Origin: Squalus acanthias | Taxonomy: Eukaryota | NCBI GenBank assembly: GCA_030390025.1 | Contig: CM059434.1 | Span: 122,512,001 to 122,576,000 of the forward strand | DNA length: 64,000 nucleotides | Direction of reading: 5' to 3' | In this document: one piece after another, positions 35,313-49,602 of the stretch | Position numbering within the stretch: position 1 is the first letter of the stretch | Layout of the letters: each line of letters starts with the position of its first letter | The notes under the pieces: generated by a model | Told to the model about the DNA's origin: nothing | The model's input: only the letters and a program-made list of their open reading frames with translations | Database searches by the model: none | Program-made: the position numbers and the translations under genes

Positions 35313-38300
35313 TTTCAAGTCTTTTTTCAATGACATGAGCCAGTGAAGCCTCTTGTTTATGGTGATGAACAGGGACAATTAAATGACAGCTGATTAAAGC
35401 ATCCATAGGGCTCCAAAGTGGGCTACAAAATAAACAAGTTACCCAGAATACCTTCAAGATGTAGTTCTTTGTAGCGTCTTAGAATGAGCAGAGTTTTGAA
35501 GGCTAGTGCTTTGTTCCATCCCTTCTGTATGAGTGAAATATTGAATACTTGCAGTTTTTTAAAAAAAATTGTAAGTAAACATTTTTGTCATGCCCTGAAT
35601 GTAGGCTATTCATATGCAAGAATTCCACAGGCAACATGGATTTCATAGAAACTTTGTTTATAAATTATCACAAGACAAATGACCACTTTAGGACTGGTAT
35701 AACACTCCTGTCCTTAGAAAACAACGTATCAGTAATTTACCACAGGCAACACCATGAGAAACCTGCTATACTGTGTGTAGGAAATAGTTGCATATTACTA
35801 AAATAGAAGCTCTATGACACTACTGAGTAAATCGTTGCCGTTTTGGTTGGAACATTTAGGAGTACAGGATGTTCCACATGCAAATTTTGAGAATTTTTCA
35901 ACAGCGGTCTATAATACTCTTCTTCCTGATAATGGTGTTTGAATTAAAATAGAATGGTCAAAGTGAGTTCTACCGAAATGCATCTTATTTTTATTTGTGT
36001 GGTTCCAACCTTTAGGTTTCAGTCAGTGTGGATCTGTCAGCAGCAAGTACAGGCTGAACTGGTGCAGTTCTTTGTCTTTTTTTTCCAAAAAAGAACATAG
36101 TCCCTATATTTTTTTGCACAAATACACTGGGGTGCTGTGAAGATAGGTGTCCAGGCAAAGGCGCATCTGAAAGTCACAGGCATTCTTAATGTGACACAGA
36201 ATCCTCTAATGCACAGACTAACATCATTCCTAAATCACAGGTGAAAAAGGTTGAAACAGGTTTTGCATTAGAAAAAATTAGAAAGGCTAAGTGACTAATT
36301 TATTTAATGACTAGTCTTTCACACTTGATTCGTGCATTTACAACACTTTTGGGATGCAAGTTTGCAGTAGGGTGAACCTAGACTCTTGAATTTTATTCCA
36401 TATTTTGCATTATTATGACCAATTTAGTATATGCTAGTTGGAACAGTATTTGCCAAATTCTTTTTCTGACACTAATGGATTAATGTTGTAAAACCCAGAG
36501 TGTAAGTAACATTCCTTTAGGGAGAGCAACATTTCTAATATTTGTCCACTAAAACACCCCAGTTTGTTGGTAAGTTGACTGTTGCCTGAGGTTTCATTTT
36601 GTTTCCGCTTTTTGTTTGGACACTGCAGGTCACTCTCAAGAATATATTTTTGGTTTAAATACAAGTCACAAGACTTAACATTGTGAAACAATGTAATTGT
36701 AAAAGTCTTCCGCTATTTGATGGTTTTTCTGAACTGAAACAAATCTTACTTTACCAAGAATACAAAAATAATATAGAATTATAGATGCAAGACAAGGGTA
36801 CCTGAAAGTGATTTGTCAAGGATTTTGGATGGCGTAAACTATAAAAGCAAAGGTTGAGTGGTTTATATACATCACAACCTTGAAATTGAGGTTTGAAACA
36901 ACTTGCTGGTATCGGTTGTTATTTCAATTCGAAATTACTTTTTTTTATGTAGGTGTTTTAACGTGTTTTTAGTCAATTTGACTCTGGGCCAGGGGTGCTG
37001 ATGTGTACTTTATATCCGTGATATGTGATAATGTTCGCACAAGAGGTTTAATCAGTAATCTACGATTGATCACTGAGAAATTCAATTTCCACAATATAGA
37101 GTATTATATCTATAACTAGGGTATATCGTGATGGACCACCTGTCTCGCTGACTCTGTCATCAGTATTGTCGATTGAGCAGCTAGGACGCGCAGTTAATAA
37201 TGCAGCTAAAGATGATGTGGTTTTTAAACTTGTGTCCAAAGACCAGCAAGAGAATTGAAGTACAATATTCAATGATGTTTGCCACTACACTGCTGTAGCA
37301 AGTAAATATGCTGGAGACTAGAATTACTGTATTAATGAAAAGGTACAGTGCAGCTTTTCGTCTGTTACCGGCGTGGGGGGTGGACAGAAGATTGGATTTA
37401 ATCGCAGCGAAAATGTGGGAGGAAGATTACACTGCAGTGCAGTCAGGAGTTCATTTAGTAACATATAAAAGTAACAGTAATAGCACTGAATGCAAAGGCT
37501 AGTCTGCTGAATACAAACAAAGTATTGAGAATGCTGTTATGCCTCATAGAGCTGGCGCTGGTGGAAATGCACTGATAAATGTGCTGATAAACAAACGAGA
37601 AAGGGACGCTGCCACAAAGCCTGTCGTGGACTGAGGAAGTGTCCAGTTAGAGTAAATTTCATTGCGTGGTCAAACACAATGAAATTAAGCATAATTTGCT
37701 GAAGTGAAGTGGCAGTGAGAAGGCTTGAAAATGCTCCTGGGAGCAGCAAGCGATCAATTTGCAGTGCATTCACTGAAGGAACTGAAGTAAGCACAGTCAA
37801 TAGATGGAGGCATGTCTGCTTCAGGAACCTTGCATTTCAACAGACTAGTATTATAAGCACCAGTCATGGTAGATCAAGAATTATGCTGTGCTTTACAGTA
37901 TAAAAGAGACAAATGGTTTCCATTTGCAGGGGCTGTGGAACAAAGCCAAAGGAAGAGACGATGATTGTATATATACTTTCAAAAAACTACTTGATCTAAT
38001 TATGTGATTTTTAACTCCAGTTTTTAAAAAAAAAAATCACAGATAGCAAGATTGTTCCTATGTATCTCTCTAAGTTAAATATTTTTCACATTGTTTCTAT
38101 ATTTATTATAGAGCGACCATCCAGCTATCCGCTTTTATGGTGTGTGGCATGGTACCTGGATATTGTGCATATTAACAGTTTATTTTGCCACATGTTGCAG
38201 GAAAAATTAGTATCTGATGCTCAGCATATTATAATATTTCTCAAAGGCTTACCACCATATTAAGGTAGTAATACTCACAAGATCCATTATACCGTCATGT

Positions 38301-38589
38301 TGTATACCATAAAATTGTTAATTCCCCTTTGTCCTCGATCACAAGCTACTCTTTTCAAATTCAAATGACTTTGGGGAAAACCTCCACGTCAAATGGACCA
38401 CTACGCAGTAAAAAAATAAAAATAAAAAAACCGAAATGCCACTATCTTCCCTGGCAGTTTGATGTTATCTGAACCCCTCAATGGGATTACTGGCTTGTAA
38501 TTCACTTACTGCTATCCATTATCCTTCACTTAAAAATTGAGTTCAGTTGGTAGACTATGAAAATGTAATGATAAATAGAAAAACCATTA

Positions 38590-38756
38590 ATGCTGGAATT
38601 CTGAAGTAAAAACAGAAAATGCTGGAAATACAGAGCAGGTTGATGAACATCTGAAAGAGCAGTCAATGTGTGACCCTTCAGAGCTGGGAAAGGGTCACCC
38701 CCATAATGTTAACCTTATCTTTCTGTTTCAGATGCTAATCAACCTGTTATGGATTT
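38590..38756. mobile_element. Older copy of Penelope-derived foldback family 1
   Basis: AAAACAGAAAATGCTGGAAATAC head shared with 11023; arms CAGGTTGAT/ATCAACCTG, CATCTGAAA/TTTCAGATG, GTGACCCTT/AAGGGTCAC. Confidence 0.7.
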
Positions 38757-39443
38757 AATGTTTTCAAGTACTTATTGTGCTTTTTGCAATAATAGAACCA
38801 CTGTATTTTTCATTGCAAATATAGGAGACATAAAAGTTATTTAGTTCCACTGTTAACCATCGTCTAAGCCTTGAAAACTCCCATGCCGCTCAACTCAGAT
38901 ACGTACTCTTGTACATGACAGCTGGCTCTGCATTTGTGCTGAGATCCAACTCAGTTTTATGAAAATGCAACGCCGCTTTTCCTAAGCATTCTACTTTGTT
39001 ACAACATAATAGAACAACCTTTGAGGTGTGAGCAATGCACGTCCTTCTGTAACTCTGCGACTAATACCTGCAACGTGTTAGGCGTTTATAAAATTTAGCT
39101 CAGTACTGAAGGAACTCCCATGATCTTGCTTACAGAATGAGGAAAAGTGAAGGTCTCAGTAAGAGGCAGGGCCAAAACAGTAACTACAAGAAGGTTGGGT
39201 GGAGTGAGAGACTGGCAGCTGGATGAGGACTTAAATGGTTACTGTCACACCTCAATTAGTTTGGCATAGGTAGCTCATTTTGTAAAAACTTCATTCTTTT
39301 CCCCCTTTCTCTTCCTTCTGTTCTGCTCCCTTTATGCCGCCTGCACTTCTTTCTCTCCTCCTTTCTGCAGTTACTGCCTGCAGAGGGGAAAGAACACGAT
39401 GGTGAAGGAACGCTATGAGCACACTGGAGGATAAAGTGGGAAA

Positions 39444-39583
39444 CAACGTTCCCCCTAACCTGCTCGGCGCGCAGCAATCGGGAGGTCCCGTGCAGGCCGC
39501 TCACAAGCTGGAAGAGATACCTTGTGCGGCCGCACAGCAAATTTAATGGGGCTGCGCACGAAAAAAAATTAGAGGGAACGTTG
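39444..39583. mobile_element. 140-bp hAT-type MITE with 8-bp TSD
   Basis: GTGGGAAA|CAACGTTCCCCCTAA ... TTAGAGGGAACGTTG|GTGGGAAA; perfect TSD at 39436-39443 and 39584-39591. Confidence 0.9.
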
Positions 39584-40502
39584 GTGGGAAATAGTCGCAT
39601 TTTGGCAACCAGCAAGCTTTACCTGACAGACTTTACTTGCTTGCTTTCTGGCTTGTCAGGGTGTTGCAGGGTCCACGAATGCCTGATTCTGGATCACTTA
39701 TGATTTAAAATAGATGCTAGATGATGCCTTTGCACAGTCCAATTAGTGATTATGTCCAGATCTACCTGGATGAAGGGAAACTGGAAGGAGGAAGAAGGCA
39801 GAAGTTGGGCACTCGGCAGGAAAAAAAGTGAGGACTTCGGGCAGGATGGAGATGTAATCAGATAGAAATGAATCTTAAATTACTGCACCCTAATAATTCT
39901 GAACAATAAAATATTAAACTAATCCAGAAATCCCAAATATGATAAATGATGCACCTGTGTTCTGACGATGTTCCTAATTCTGTCCCATTTTAGATAACAT
40001 TTTATGCAATTAAAGTCCAATACAATTGGCCTTGAATCCTAATTTTCCTGCTTAACCTAAATGACCATTATTTTGATGGGCTTTTGCATTGTAGCTAACT
40101 CGAAGGCTCAGTTAATAAGGGCGTGCAGACCAGAAAGTGAGAGGTTTAATTCGCTGTATATTTTGAGTTTGCTGATTTTAATTATGCGATACACATTCAT
40201 ACTTCTGTAACACCTGCTGGAAAGTATACCTAGGTGAAGCCACCTAGTTGAATTATCTAGTTTACACATTTTGGTGAGGTACTGGAGAGAGCCCAGCTCC
40301 AATGGAACCATTTTCCAGCATGGAATTAATACTTTCAGCAATGTGGGGAGAAATTTGACAAAATAATTTTAAGGTTCAAGCATAAGTTTCTAACGAGCTA
40401 CAACGCTAAACATCAACCATAATTCTGCAGTAAAATTAATGATATGTAATAATGTCTTTAGATAGGATCCCACCCATCTGAACTCCTATGACATAAAATT
40501 AT

Positions 40503-40865
40503 CCGTGGCTGCAGTGTGTACCACCTACAAGATGCACTGCAGCAACTCGCCAAGGCTTCTTCGGCAGCACCTCCCAAACCCACGACCTCTGCCACCAAGA
40601 AGGACAAGGGCAGCAGGCGCATGGGAACACCACCACCTCCAAGTTCCCCTCCAAGTCACACACCATCCTGACTTGGAAATATATCGCTGTTCCTTCATCG
40701 TCGCTGGGTCAAAATCCTGGAACTCCCTCCCTAACAGCACTGTGGGAGCACCTTCACCACACGGACTGCAGCGGTTCAAGAAGGCGGCTCACCACCACAA
40801 GGGCAATTAGGGCAATAAGTGGTGGCCTTGCCAGCGGCGCCCACATCCCATGAACGAATAACAAA
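40503..40865 (+). mobile_element. LINE 3' end (CR1/Jockey-group family)
   Basis: ORF 40505-40810 VCTTYKMHCSNSPRLLRQHLP...SWNSLP...LQRFKKAAHH; tail GGGCAATTAGGGCAATAAG...CCCACATCCCATGAACGAAT. Confidence 0.9.
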
Positions 40866-41961
40866 AATAGCACTGTACTTCAGAATGTTAAACTGTCAAG
40901 GTTGGTGGTTAAGATTAGTCAACTGACAGTTAATTAACAGTTACACTGTAATGAATTGGACATAGTTTTTACCTGTATCCTTTAAATACCAGAGTACTTA
41001 TCAATGGTCACAATAAATAGACAATTAAAGAACTCTGTGACTGTTTAAGATAGATCTTTGCATTAACGATGTAACAGCAGTCAGAGAGTTATCTGTGCAA
41101 TAACTTGCATTTACTGGGAAGCTGTGAACTGATTCTTTCAAATTCCAAGTCTCATTTATATTTCTAAGATTATTCTTGGACCTTTGTTCTTAAATGTGTA
41201 CAGCAGCAATCCTAATCTTTATTAAATAAACATTCTCTTCCATATTACTGCTACGACACACAATCTGCTTTGTTAAATGACCCAGAGGGCAGTGCTTCAC
41301 CTTTCTTTCTCATAACGATAATTTATCAAAGCAGCATTTTTTCAGGTTACTGAGTCGAAAATCCATTTGTCTTTGCTGCAAAAAGGGTCAATTCTAAAAG
41401 CCTCAAACAAAATACCTGGCCAAACTGAAAATGACTAAGCTTATCATGTTTAGGGATGTTGCAAGCAGTTATTAATGATTTGAGTGTCTCATTCTTTCAT
41501 ACGGCCTTTAAACAACTCTTTGCTAAAACTCTCTGTTCCTCTGTGTCTTGTTATATCTGTAATTATGTTGGACAACAAGACGTAATGCTCTACATAGTGA
41601 AAGGAACAGTACTTTGCATAACCCTGACTTTTGACAGGTGATTCTTCCACATGCAACTCTGAGCAAATAAATTAACCAAGTGTGGCACCACTCAAAGGCC
41701 ACAAAGAACTGCCAACACTTGGTGCATGTAGTATATATAATGGGTGTTGACCTGATTCATGCAGCAAGTTACTCCGGAAAACCCTTCTTCAGGGAACCAA
41801 AATTGTTATGTTAACTACCATTCCTTTATTACTAAATTATTTATATTTAGTCTAAGTGTACTCAGTTAGAAATTTTGCTTATTCACAACTCGATAAAATC
41901 ACAGTTATCATAATGTATATTATGAGTAGCCTGAGTATGTACAGTCCCATTACCCTTTTCC

Positions 41962-42030
41962 CAGGACAACTGGGGATGGACAATAAATGCGGAATTACCA
42001 GCATTGTCCCCTTCCCAAGAACAAATAAAA
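41962..42030 (+). mobile_element. Short decayed LINE/SINE 3' tail
   Basis: GGACAACTGGGGATGGACAATAAATGC...CCAGC...CCCAAGAACAAATA resembles the tail at ~40800. Confidence 0.5.
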
Positions 42031-45000
42031 TTTTAAAATTGCTTGGATGCCTGCTTTTTCTTTATACATTCTTGAGAAAGCCATTATAAATCAATAAATG
42101 ATTGCCAAAGTAATGAAGTTTATTACTTTCAGGAATGTACCAGAATTTGGGGGGAAATTGAGTAATCCCTCTCCAAACTTGAAAGAAGGGCTTTATGTAG
42201 TTTTCAAAGAAATATACAGCCATTGTTACTTTCTATTTTGCGTTACACTCCCAAATGGAGGACACTTTTTCCCCATACATTTACCCATTGGCTTCATAAT
42301 CCATTTTGCAGTGTAACTGATGTTATCTCTCAGATTCAAAGGCAGCATTTCATTTGCAATTCTAAACAGGAGTTGCCGTTTTACATTGCAGGTCACTGAA
42401 GGTGACAGTTATTTCTGTATTTTTTTTCTGAAGGGTAGTACTAGTTCTTTAGTGGCTATGGTTCACTTCATTGCCCTGCGGTATTCAATAAAGGAAGGAT
42501 CTTTCATTCAACAGCGTGGTCCAGCACAGTAGTAGCTCACAGCTCAACGTTAATCACTGATGAATTGTCTCTTGCATGTTCAGCAACTGCTGAGTTTCAC
42601 CTGTGTATTTTGTGTGAATATAGGCTTTGCTGCCATCAGGATAGCACAGGCTGAGATGTGGCATTTCAGCTGTGCATCCCAGTCAAATTAGATTGGGTCA
42701 GGCAACATCTGAAACAATTGTTTTCTGAGACCAGTTTAAAATATAATTGAGCAACAGTGAAGAGTGTATATTAAAAGTTTTGCCATGGCAGTGCTTGTGT
42801 TGGCATGAGGTAAAGCACTGAAACTACTGGGTGGTAAAATCCCTCATACACACACGTAATTGAAGTTCATAATTGCCGGTAGATCCTGTATCTTTTTTTT
42901 ATATTCTTAATTAAAGTAATATTGATTTTAAATGGATGTCAGGGTTCAAACTAACAACAACGCTCATACCAGCAACGGAAGGAACATTTAAGCAGAGGCA
43001 CTTGAAGGACGTAATGAAAGTTCGCAGATCAGTATTCTGAGTGAGTATACCAGAGGTTTTACAATCACAGCATTATTGTTTCAACTGTAAGTGAACATAT
43101 CATCAATATGTACTAGTTTATTTTCTACTGCTCTCTATGCGCTATTGTTTCTTTAACTGTTTAGCGGTGTGGGTGCTTCATGGCATTTCTGACATAGCTG
43201 ATATTGATGGATAACTTCATGTTTTGTTTTCCTTTATACTAAGCAGTGAGGAAGGTAGAAGATTATGATTGTGTTTTAAATGTAAAAAAATGGCCCCATT
43301 GTTAGACTTTCATAACAACCTGCCAATCTGGATACACCAAACTGGAACTTAACAAGTATCAGTTTCTATACTGTGTTGCACACTGAAATATCTAGTTGTT
43401 GCCATGTGCTTTATACAGTAATATGAAAATATTAAGGAAGAATACTATACTAGAACTTTGGATATAACCTGTGAAGCTGAAATGATATGCAAGCCTGACT
43501 CTTGGCTTATTTTTGTAAAGTTGATTCCCATTATGTATCTTGCTTATGCCACATATTCAGTGATTTTTGCTATTTTTTTCAACATAATAGCCTAGAAATT
43601 ACTATTGCTGATATTAACAGACACACGCTTAACTTGTTCACATTACATTCTTCTGTCACAGTTAAAATTCCATTGGGTTAACACCTTGGCAAAAATAGTG
43701 GACAAAGGATTGCCATCCAAACACATTAAGCTAATATCATCAACAGTAATTTCTAGCCTAATCGATTCTCTGGGTACTTCGAACATACAGTAGCTTTCCA
43801 TTATGCTATGATGCAAGGCTCCTGCACTGTGATGGGATCACGTGGCATTTCATGAGTTCAGCATAGAAACAGCCTCTCTGGTGTTTAGTGCAGACAGGTG
43901 CCAAATGGTTAAAATGTTCCCTTTTTTCTTATATCAGTAATATTCAGGAATGGATTAAATAATTGTCACTGGTATAAACTATCAGCATGAGAGAGGATAG
44001 TTTAAAGCTGCTGCCAATTTTTATATACAAATTTGCATAATATGTGTTGAACAATTTTGGGAGTCAAAAATTGGAGCATTTTGTCAAAGGGGAATTGTGG
44101 ATAACAATCCATTCCAGTTCACTGCCATCGAACTGCTGCAGCTATTGTTTTTAAACATAGAAAAGAGTCGTTGCATATTATGTTGTGGAATTTCACAAGC
44201 TCATGCAGTCGATTCCCTTTTTTTCCCCCTAGGAAATGTTTTTTTAAGTTATTTTAGCCCTCCTGATAGTCCAGTTGGTGCATTGCAGAGAGGCACCAGA
44301 TAATTTTTAAAAATAATTTATTACTGTAATAGTGATCTTTAGGAAATGGATTAAATGTAGCTGGTGTAAAATGGAGCACATAGTTTAATAGACCATTGTT
44401 ACTGAGTGTGCACGTGATAAATGATGCAAATTTATTATTGGTCAATCACTTAACAAGGGTGCAGATAGAAAATGATTTGAATTTTTTTCATTATTTGCTT
44501 ATGTGTTCATTTAAGTGGAATTGAATGTAGACAGGGTGTCTCGGCAAAGTAATTGCTGTCTTTGCTTTCATTTTTTTCTTTAATCACATCCGTCTGTATG
44601 TTTTACCTGTTTGGCAATCTCTCCATCTTATCTCTTCCAGTATTCACCATTCTTTTCATTCTTGCATCTCCCTATCATTCTTTATTCTTTCTGTGTTATA
44701 TTATGCCTGCAGTGAGATCTAGAGTGACTTGTTAGGTTTGCAACTACAGTCTGAAGTTCACATTTCTTACTGTGCTAGAGACCTCAGACCTTTTTAAAAA
44801 TTTGTGTGATCTCTCTATGTCCCTTATTGCTGGACGGTGAATTTTCATACAGTGATTCACATTGCATAAAACAAAAGATCTAAAACAATGAGGAAGGGAG
44901 AAAACCTCTGCAGGTCAATGTTCTAACCCAAACAAAGCCATTGTATCCTCCTGTATTCTGGGTTCCAAGTTAATATCCCACTGATTGTTTCTGTTATACT

Positions 45001-45479
45001 CCACAGTTGGACTTGTGTCGAATGTGACGGATGTGGAGTTCTATCCTGTGTCATATCATAAACTATTTCTACGTTCTATTTTGTTCACGTTTTGTGTATG
45101 GGCCAGTGCACTAGAGGTTAAAACGGAGCTTCTGAAGGAATTTCTTTTGTCTTGACACGAAGACCTGTATATGTAGCAATATACAGATACCTTTTGGAAT
45201 TAACTATTCGGTTAGGGTGGTCCGCCTCTGTTTATGTCATTGCCTGTGGACAGACGTCAATAAGGTCATGATTGTTTGGCCAAATAAATCAAGCTTGTCA
45301 AATGATAATGTATGCATGTTTGCCACTGAGGGAAGAAACTGAGCTTATTGTCTCTGATTGCCACAATCATTAAGGGGGTGTTAGGCCAGACAGAAATTTC
45401 CAAAGGTTTTGCTTCAGGTCTGACCTGCTATCACTCCACACAGCAGTGGTGCTGCTATCCACAATCCTATCCATTCGGG

Positions 45480-46645
45480 TAATAGAAATAACTGATATAA
45501 TTACCAGTGTGTTAAGAAAGAAACTGGTCTTTGCTATTTGCTATTTTCATTAATGACCTAGATGGGGGGGGTGGGGTGGAAATGATCTACAAGTTTGCAT
45601 ATGATACCAAGCTTTATGCGAGTGTTAGGACTATAGAGGATGCTCAACTACTGCAAGCAGATCTCAATGTGTTGGAGAAATGGGCTTGATTTTGGCAAAT
45701 TATGTTTAACTAAGAAAGGTTTAGAGTTATGCAAGTGGGGCAGATCTAATCGGGCAGCAGAATGAAAGCCAGTGGTGAAAGAAAGAGATCTGGGTGTTAT
45801 ATCACACTCTGAAGATTTATGACCAATGCTGTAAAGCTATAGCTAAAGCAAGACAATTCACTATAAAACAAAGCATACCATTTTGTCTTTGTACAAGGCC
45901 TTGGATGGGCTTCATTTAGAATATTGTGTCTAGTTTTGGTCTCCTCACATGGTGGGGGATATTGAGGCTTTAGTAGGGTGCAGAGGATAGCCACAAGATT
46001 ATTTTTCAATTTAAAACACCTCAGTTACCCAGATAGTCTCAAAGAGCTAGGTCTGTGTGCTTTAGAAAATTGTAGACTCCAGGCCAACTTCTTATTTAAA
46101 AAAAAAAATGAAGGGACTAGAGTGTGTTTATGTGGACCAATTCTGTTAACTGGATAGGTTAAGGAGGACCAGACGTCACACTTAAAAAATAATGTAAGGA
46201 CAGAGCTAGGTTGGATGTTAGGCAGTTCTTCTTTTCCCAGAAAATAGTGGACCTGTGGAAAGAATTTGCCAGCTCGTACAGTGTATGCTGCTTTGCTATA
46301 TTCCTTCAGGAGAGAGCTGGGCATGTTTCTGTCTGGAGCGGAGATCACCTCGTACAAATGGTAGTTACCCTGTAACCGAATGGCCTGTTTCTCTGCTGTA
46401 AATCGTATGTAATGTGATTTCCTGGACTAGTTTTGATCGCCTAAAGGGGTCGGAGAGGAATTTTCCAGATTACCCCCTGCCGGCTAACTGGCCTGAGTTT
46501 TTTTTTCTGCCTCTCCCAGGAGATTACAGGGCTCTGGGTGGGTAGGGAGTGTCTGTATCATGATACATAAGGCATCACAACTATATGGGACAGGCTAGAT
46601 GGACCAGTGGGTCTTTTCCTGTCCATAATTTTTGTATGTTTGTAT
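45480..46645 (+). mobile_element. Old CR1 RT-to-3' UTR relic plus an adjacent CR1-type 3' UTR (~46410-46645)
   Basis: ATTAATGACCTAGAT...AAGTTTGCATATGATACCAAG (INDLD, KFA.DTK); TTCTTTTCCCAGAAAATAGTGGACCTGTGGAA; terminal GGACAGGCTAGATGGACC...TGTATGTTTGTAT. Confidence 0.8.
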
Positions 46646-49356
46646 TTCAAAGCAAATAAAAGATACAGTGATATATTTGGGTAGCCGCTCTACAGTGTTT
46701 ACATAACTTAGTTCAATCTTATTTCTATGATACAAGAGTATGTCAAATCTCCATGGGGCAGAGAGATGCACCTACATAAAAGATCATCAAAGGAATCAGT
46801 TTGAAGATGGTGGAAAAAAGAACTCAAAGTCTAGAATACGTTACTTTTATGTCAGAAAATAAATAGTGTGATAACCAAGTTATTTTCTGTATTCATTTTG
46901 CTGTTTTGTAATAAATGTAATTTGGAGTTTTAACCTGAACTATGTGATCTGACAGCATGATGTTTTTTTACCTATCAAAGATAGGAAACTTTTTCAACTA
47001 CTTTGTGAATAAGACTTGCCATTATTTGTGACAAATATTTATGATATTTATTTCTGAGGAAGTAGTAAAGGGAGATGTGGCAGTAGAGGCACATGTACAA
47101 TGTCTTTACTTGGCTGATGACTAAAGACATGCTGCTATGGGGAAGTGCAAGCATGTCTTGTGAAGAGGGAGGGAAGGGGGTAGAATTACCATTAGCTCAC
47201 AGTTGTGCACCTTCTAGTGACCAGCTGTAACATTGGCAGAGGTTTGACAGTGGGTTCCCCCTTCCCTTTTTGCTCAAAGAAAACACATGGTCTGTTGAGA
47301 TGAAGGTGGAAAAATATCCTTGCAAAAAGGGGGGAAAGTTAAGAATGATTTCAGTGGTGGAGATGATCTCCAGCACTAGTGAAAGATGACACTTTCTTTT
47401 AATGGTTCTCAGAATGCAAAAATAGCTTCACTCCCCATTGGGCTCCCCGTTGATATGAGAATGACAAGGTATAGTAGCATAGGCTGTGTTTTGGGGGTGG
47501 GAGTTGAGGCTGCGAAGGCAAGACGCAAGGATTAGGAATTTGACATCTGATCATTAATTGCTCCTTCAGAGTAGCTGATGATTTTTGCTACCCATAAAAC
47601 CCCCCAGATTGGCTTATAATCAAGATTACTTAAATGAATAATTGTATGGTGCTTTTTTTTACTTTTATAAATTTTGAGCTTTCCTGGTGACAGTCTGAAG
47701 ATAATTTTGCTCTCCTTTCATTCCTTAAATAGTCATTGCTGCAGAAGCATCACCAAACGTTGATCGGTATAAAAGATATACAACTTGAGTGTACATTATA
47801 AAAACAAGCAGCAAGAAAATCCATTCTTTTATAGGCTTCATTTACTTTTATGTTGGAATGGGATTATACAAAAAAGGTTTGCTGCACTCCTGTGTAATAT
47901 TCTATAATGTTTGCATCTAGTACTTGTAATACATGGACATACTGTAAAAGTGAATATATTAGCTACAATATATTTTAATTTAGTGCCCCTAATGTCTTCT
48001 CTTCAATGTAAACTTTTATACTAATGACCTCTGTCCTGTGTTGTAAAGTAAAATATTTGTGCTCCGCTGTCTTGTGTAAATACTGGGAGAATTATTTTAC
48101 TGAGTGCATTTGTTCACAGCAACTAGCTGGATTTTTAACCCCTTCAGTACTCTGTTACATTTGGTCTGTATTTAAAGAGTGAGTGTTATTATCAGCACCA
48201 CTTTAAAGTTTAAAATAATATTTTGATTTTTCTGATCATTTTTGTCTACACAGTAAATGTTGACAATCTAATCTGGAAAACGGACTTGGCAGAATTACTG
48301 AGCTTGACAACGTGAGGGAACTAAATTAACAGTGCTAGATACCTTCATTCACCCAGTGTGCTTCAGTGATCTTGTCATTTCAACTGTATATGTTAATTTA
48401 GCTCCCTTACAGTGCTGGACTAAGTAAGACCTCCAAAGTAGCTCCTTCTGCCATCAACGGTCACTGTTTTAAAAAAAAATCAATAAAAAGTACAACGTTA
48501 AAGATAATTCACTATAAATATTCCTGTAACAAGTTTATGTTTCAAAGGCATGCCGATGCTGCAACTTGTCAATTAGGAGTAAGTTTTCTGAATTTTCATT
48601 TCTAGATGTCAGATATAGAACACAAACAGAAAATGCTGTTAGAGTTCACCATGTGCAGGAGAGGGGATACCGTGCACTCTCTTGACAACTTCCCCTTTCC
48701 TGTTTTTTCCACTAAAAACAAACAAATCGCAACCACAATTACATTGTTCAATTATGAAAATCTTAGCTGCTATAATAATACATGATGGAGCTTAACAGTT
48801 TATTTTTCAGTAATCCAAGTCATTATTTGCACCAGAGTAATGCTAACATGAGAAAATATTAGTGAATAAAAGGTCAGAATATTTATTTTGATGACAATCT
48901 CTTTTCCCATTTTTCCCTTCCTTCTGTCTCTGCCTGTCTTTCCTATAGATCTTTGCCGTGTCATTTTGTGCATTACTCTTCATCACTGTCTTTTGCTCCT
49001 TTCCATTGTTCTCGCTTTCACTTCCATACAAGTTGAATCTCTGCAGCTACACATTGATCAATGTTTTAAGCAACTGCATCGCAAACCACCCAGGATGTCT
49101 TCATGTTCACCCTTTCCACTTCCATAATATGCTGACTTTAATCAATAAAAACATTCCATATATAGCTGTTATAGCAGATATGATGTTTAAATGATAACCA
49201 TAAAACTGCATTTAGGTCTTGTATTTTATCTTAGTGATGTGTTTCATTGCTATCAATGCATAGACCAAGGCCCATGCTGCAGGATATCACCAAGCTTGAA
49301 AAGAGTTGAATAAGATGATAAGATATACATGTAGGAAGATTTCTCAGTGCTTTACA

Positions 49357-49602
49357 ATGAACCCGAGGTGACATGAGGAAAAACCTTTTTACGCAACGAG
49401 TGCTTAGGATCTGGAATGCGCTGCCTGATCGGTTGGTGGATACAGATTCAATAGTAGCCTTCAAAGGGGAATTGGATAAATACTTGAAGGAGAAAAAATT
49501 GCAGGGATATGGTGAAAGAGTGGGACTAACTGGATTGCTCTTCGAAAGAGCCGGCACAGACTCGATGGCCTCCTTCTGTGCTGTACTATTCTATGATTCT
49601 AT
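49357..49602 (+). mobile_element. CR1 3' end
   Basis: ORF 49373-49621 MRKNLFTQRVLRIWNALP...; ATTCTATGATTCTAT tail. Confidence 0.92.
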
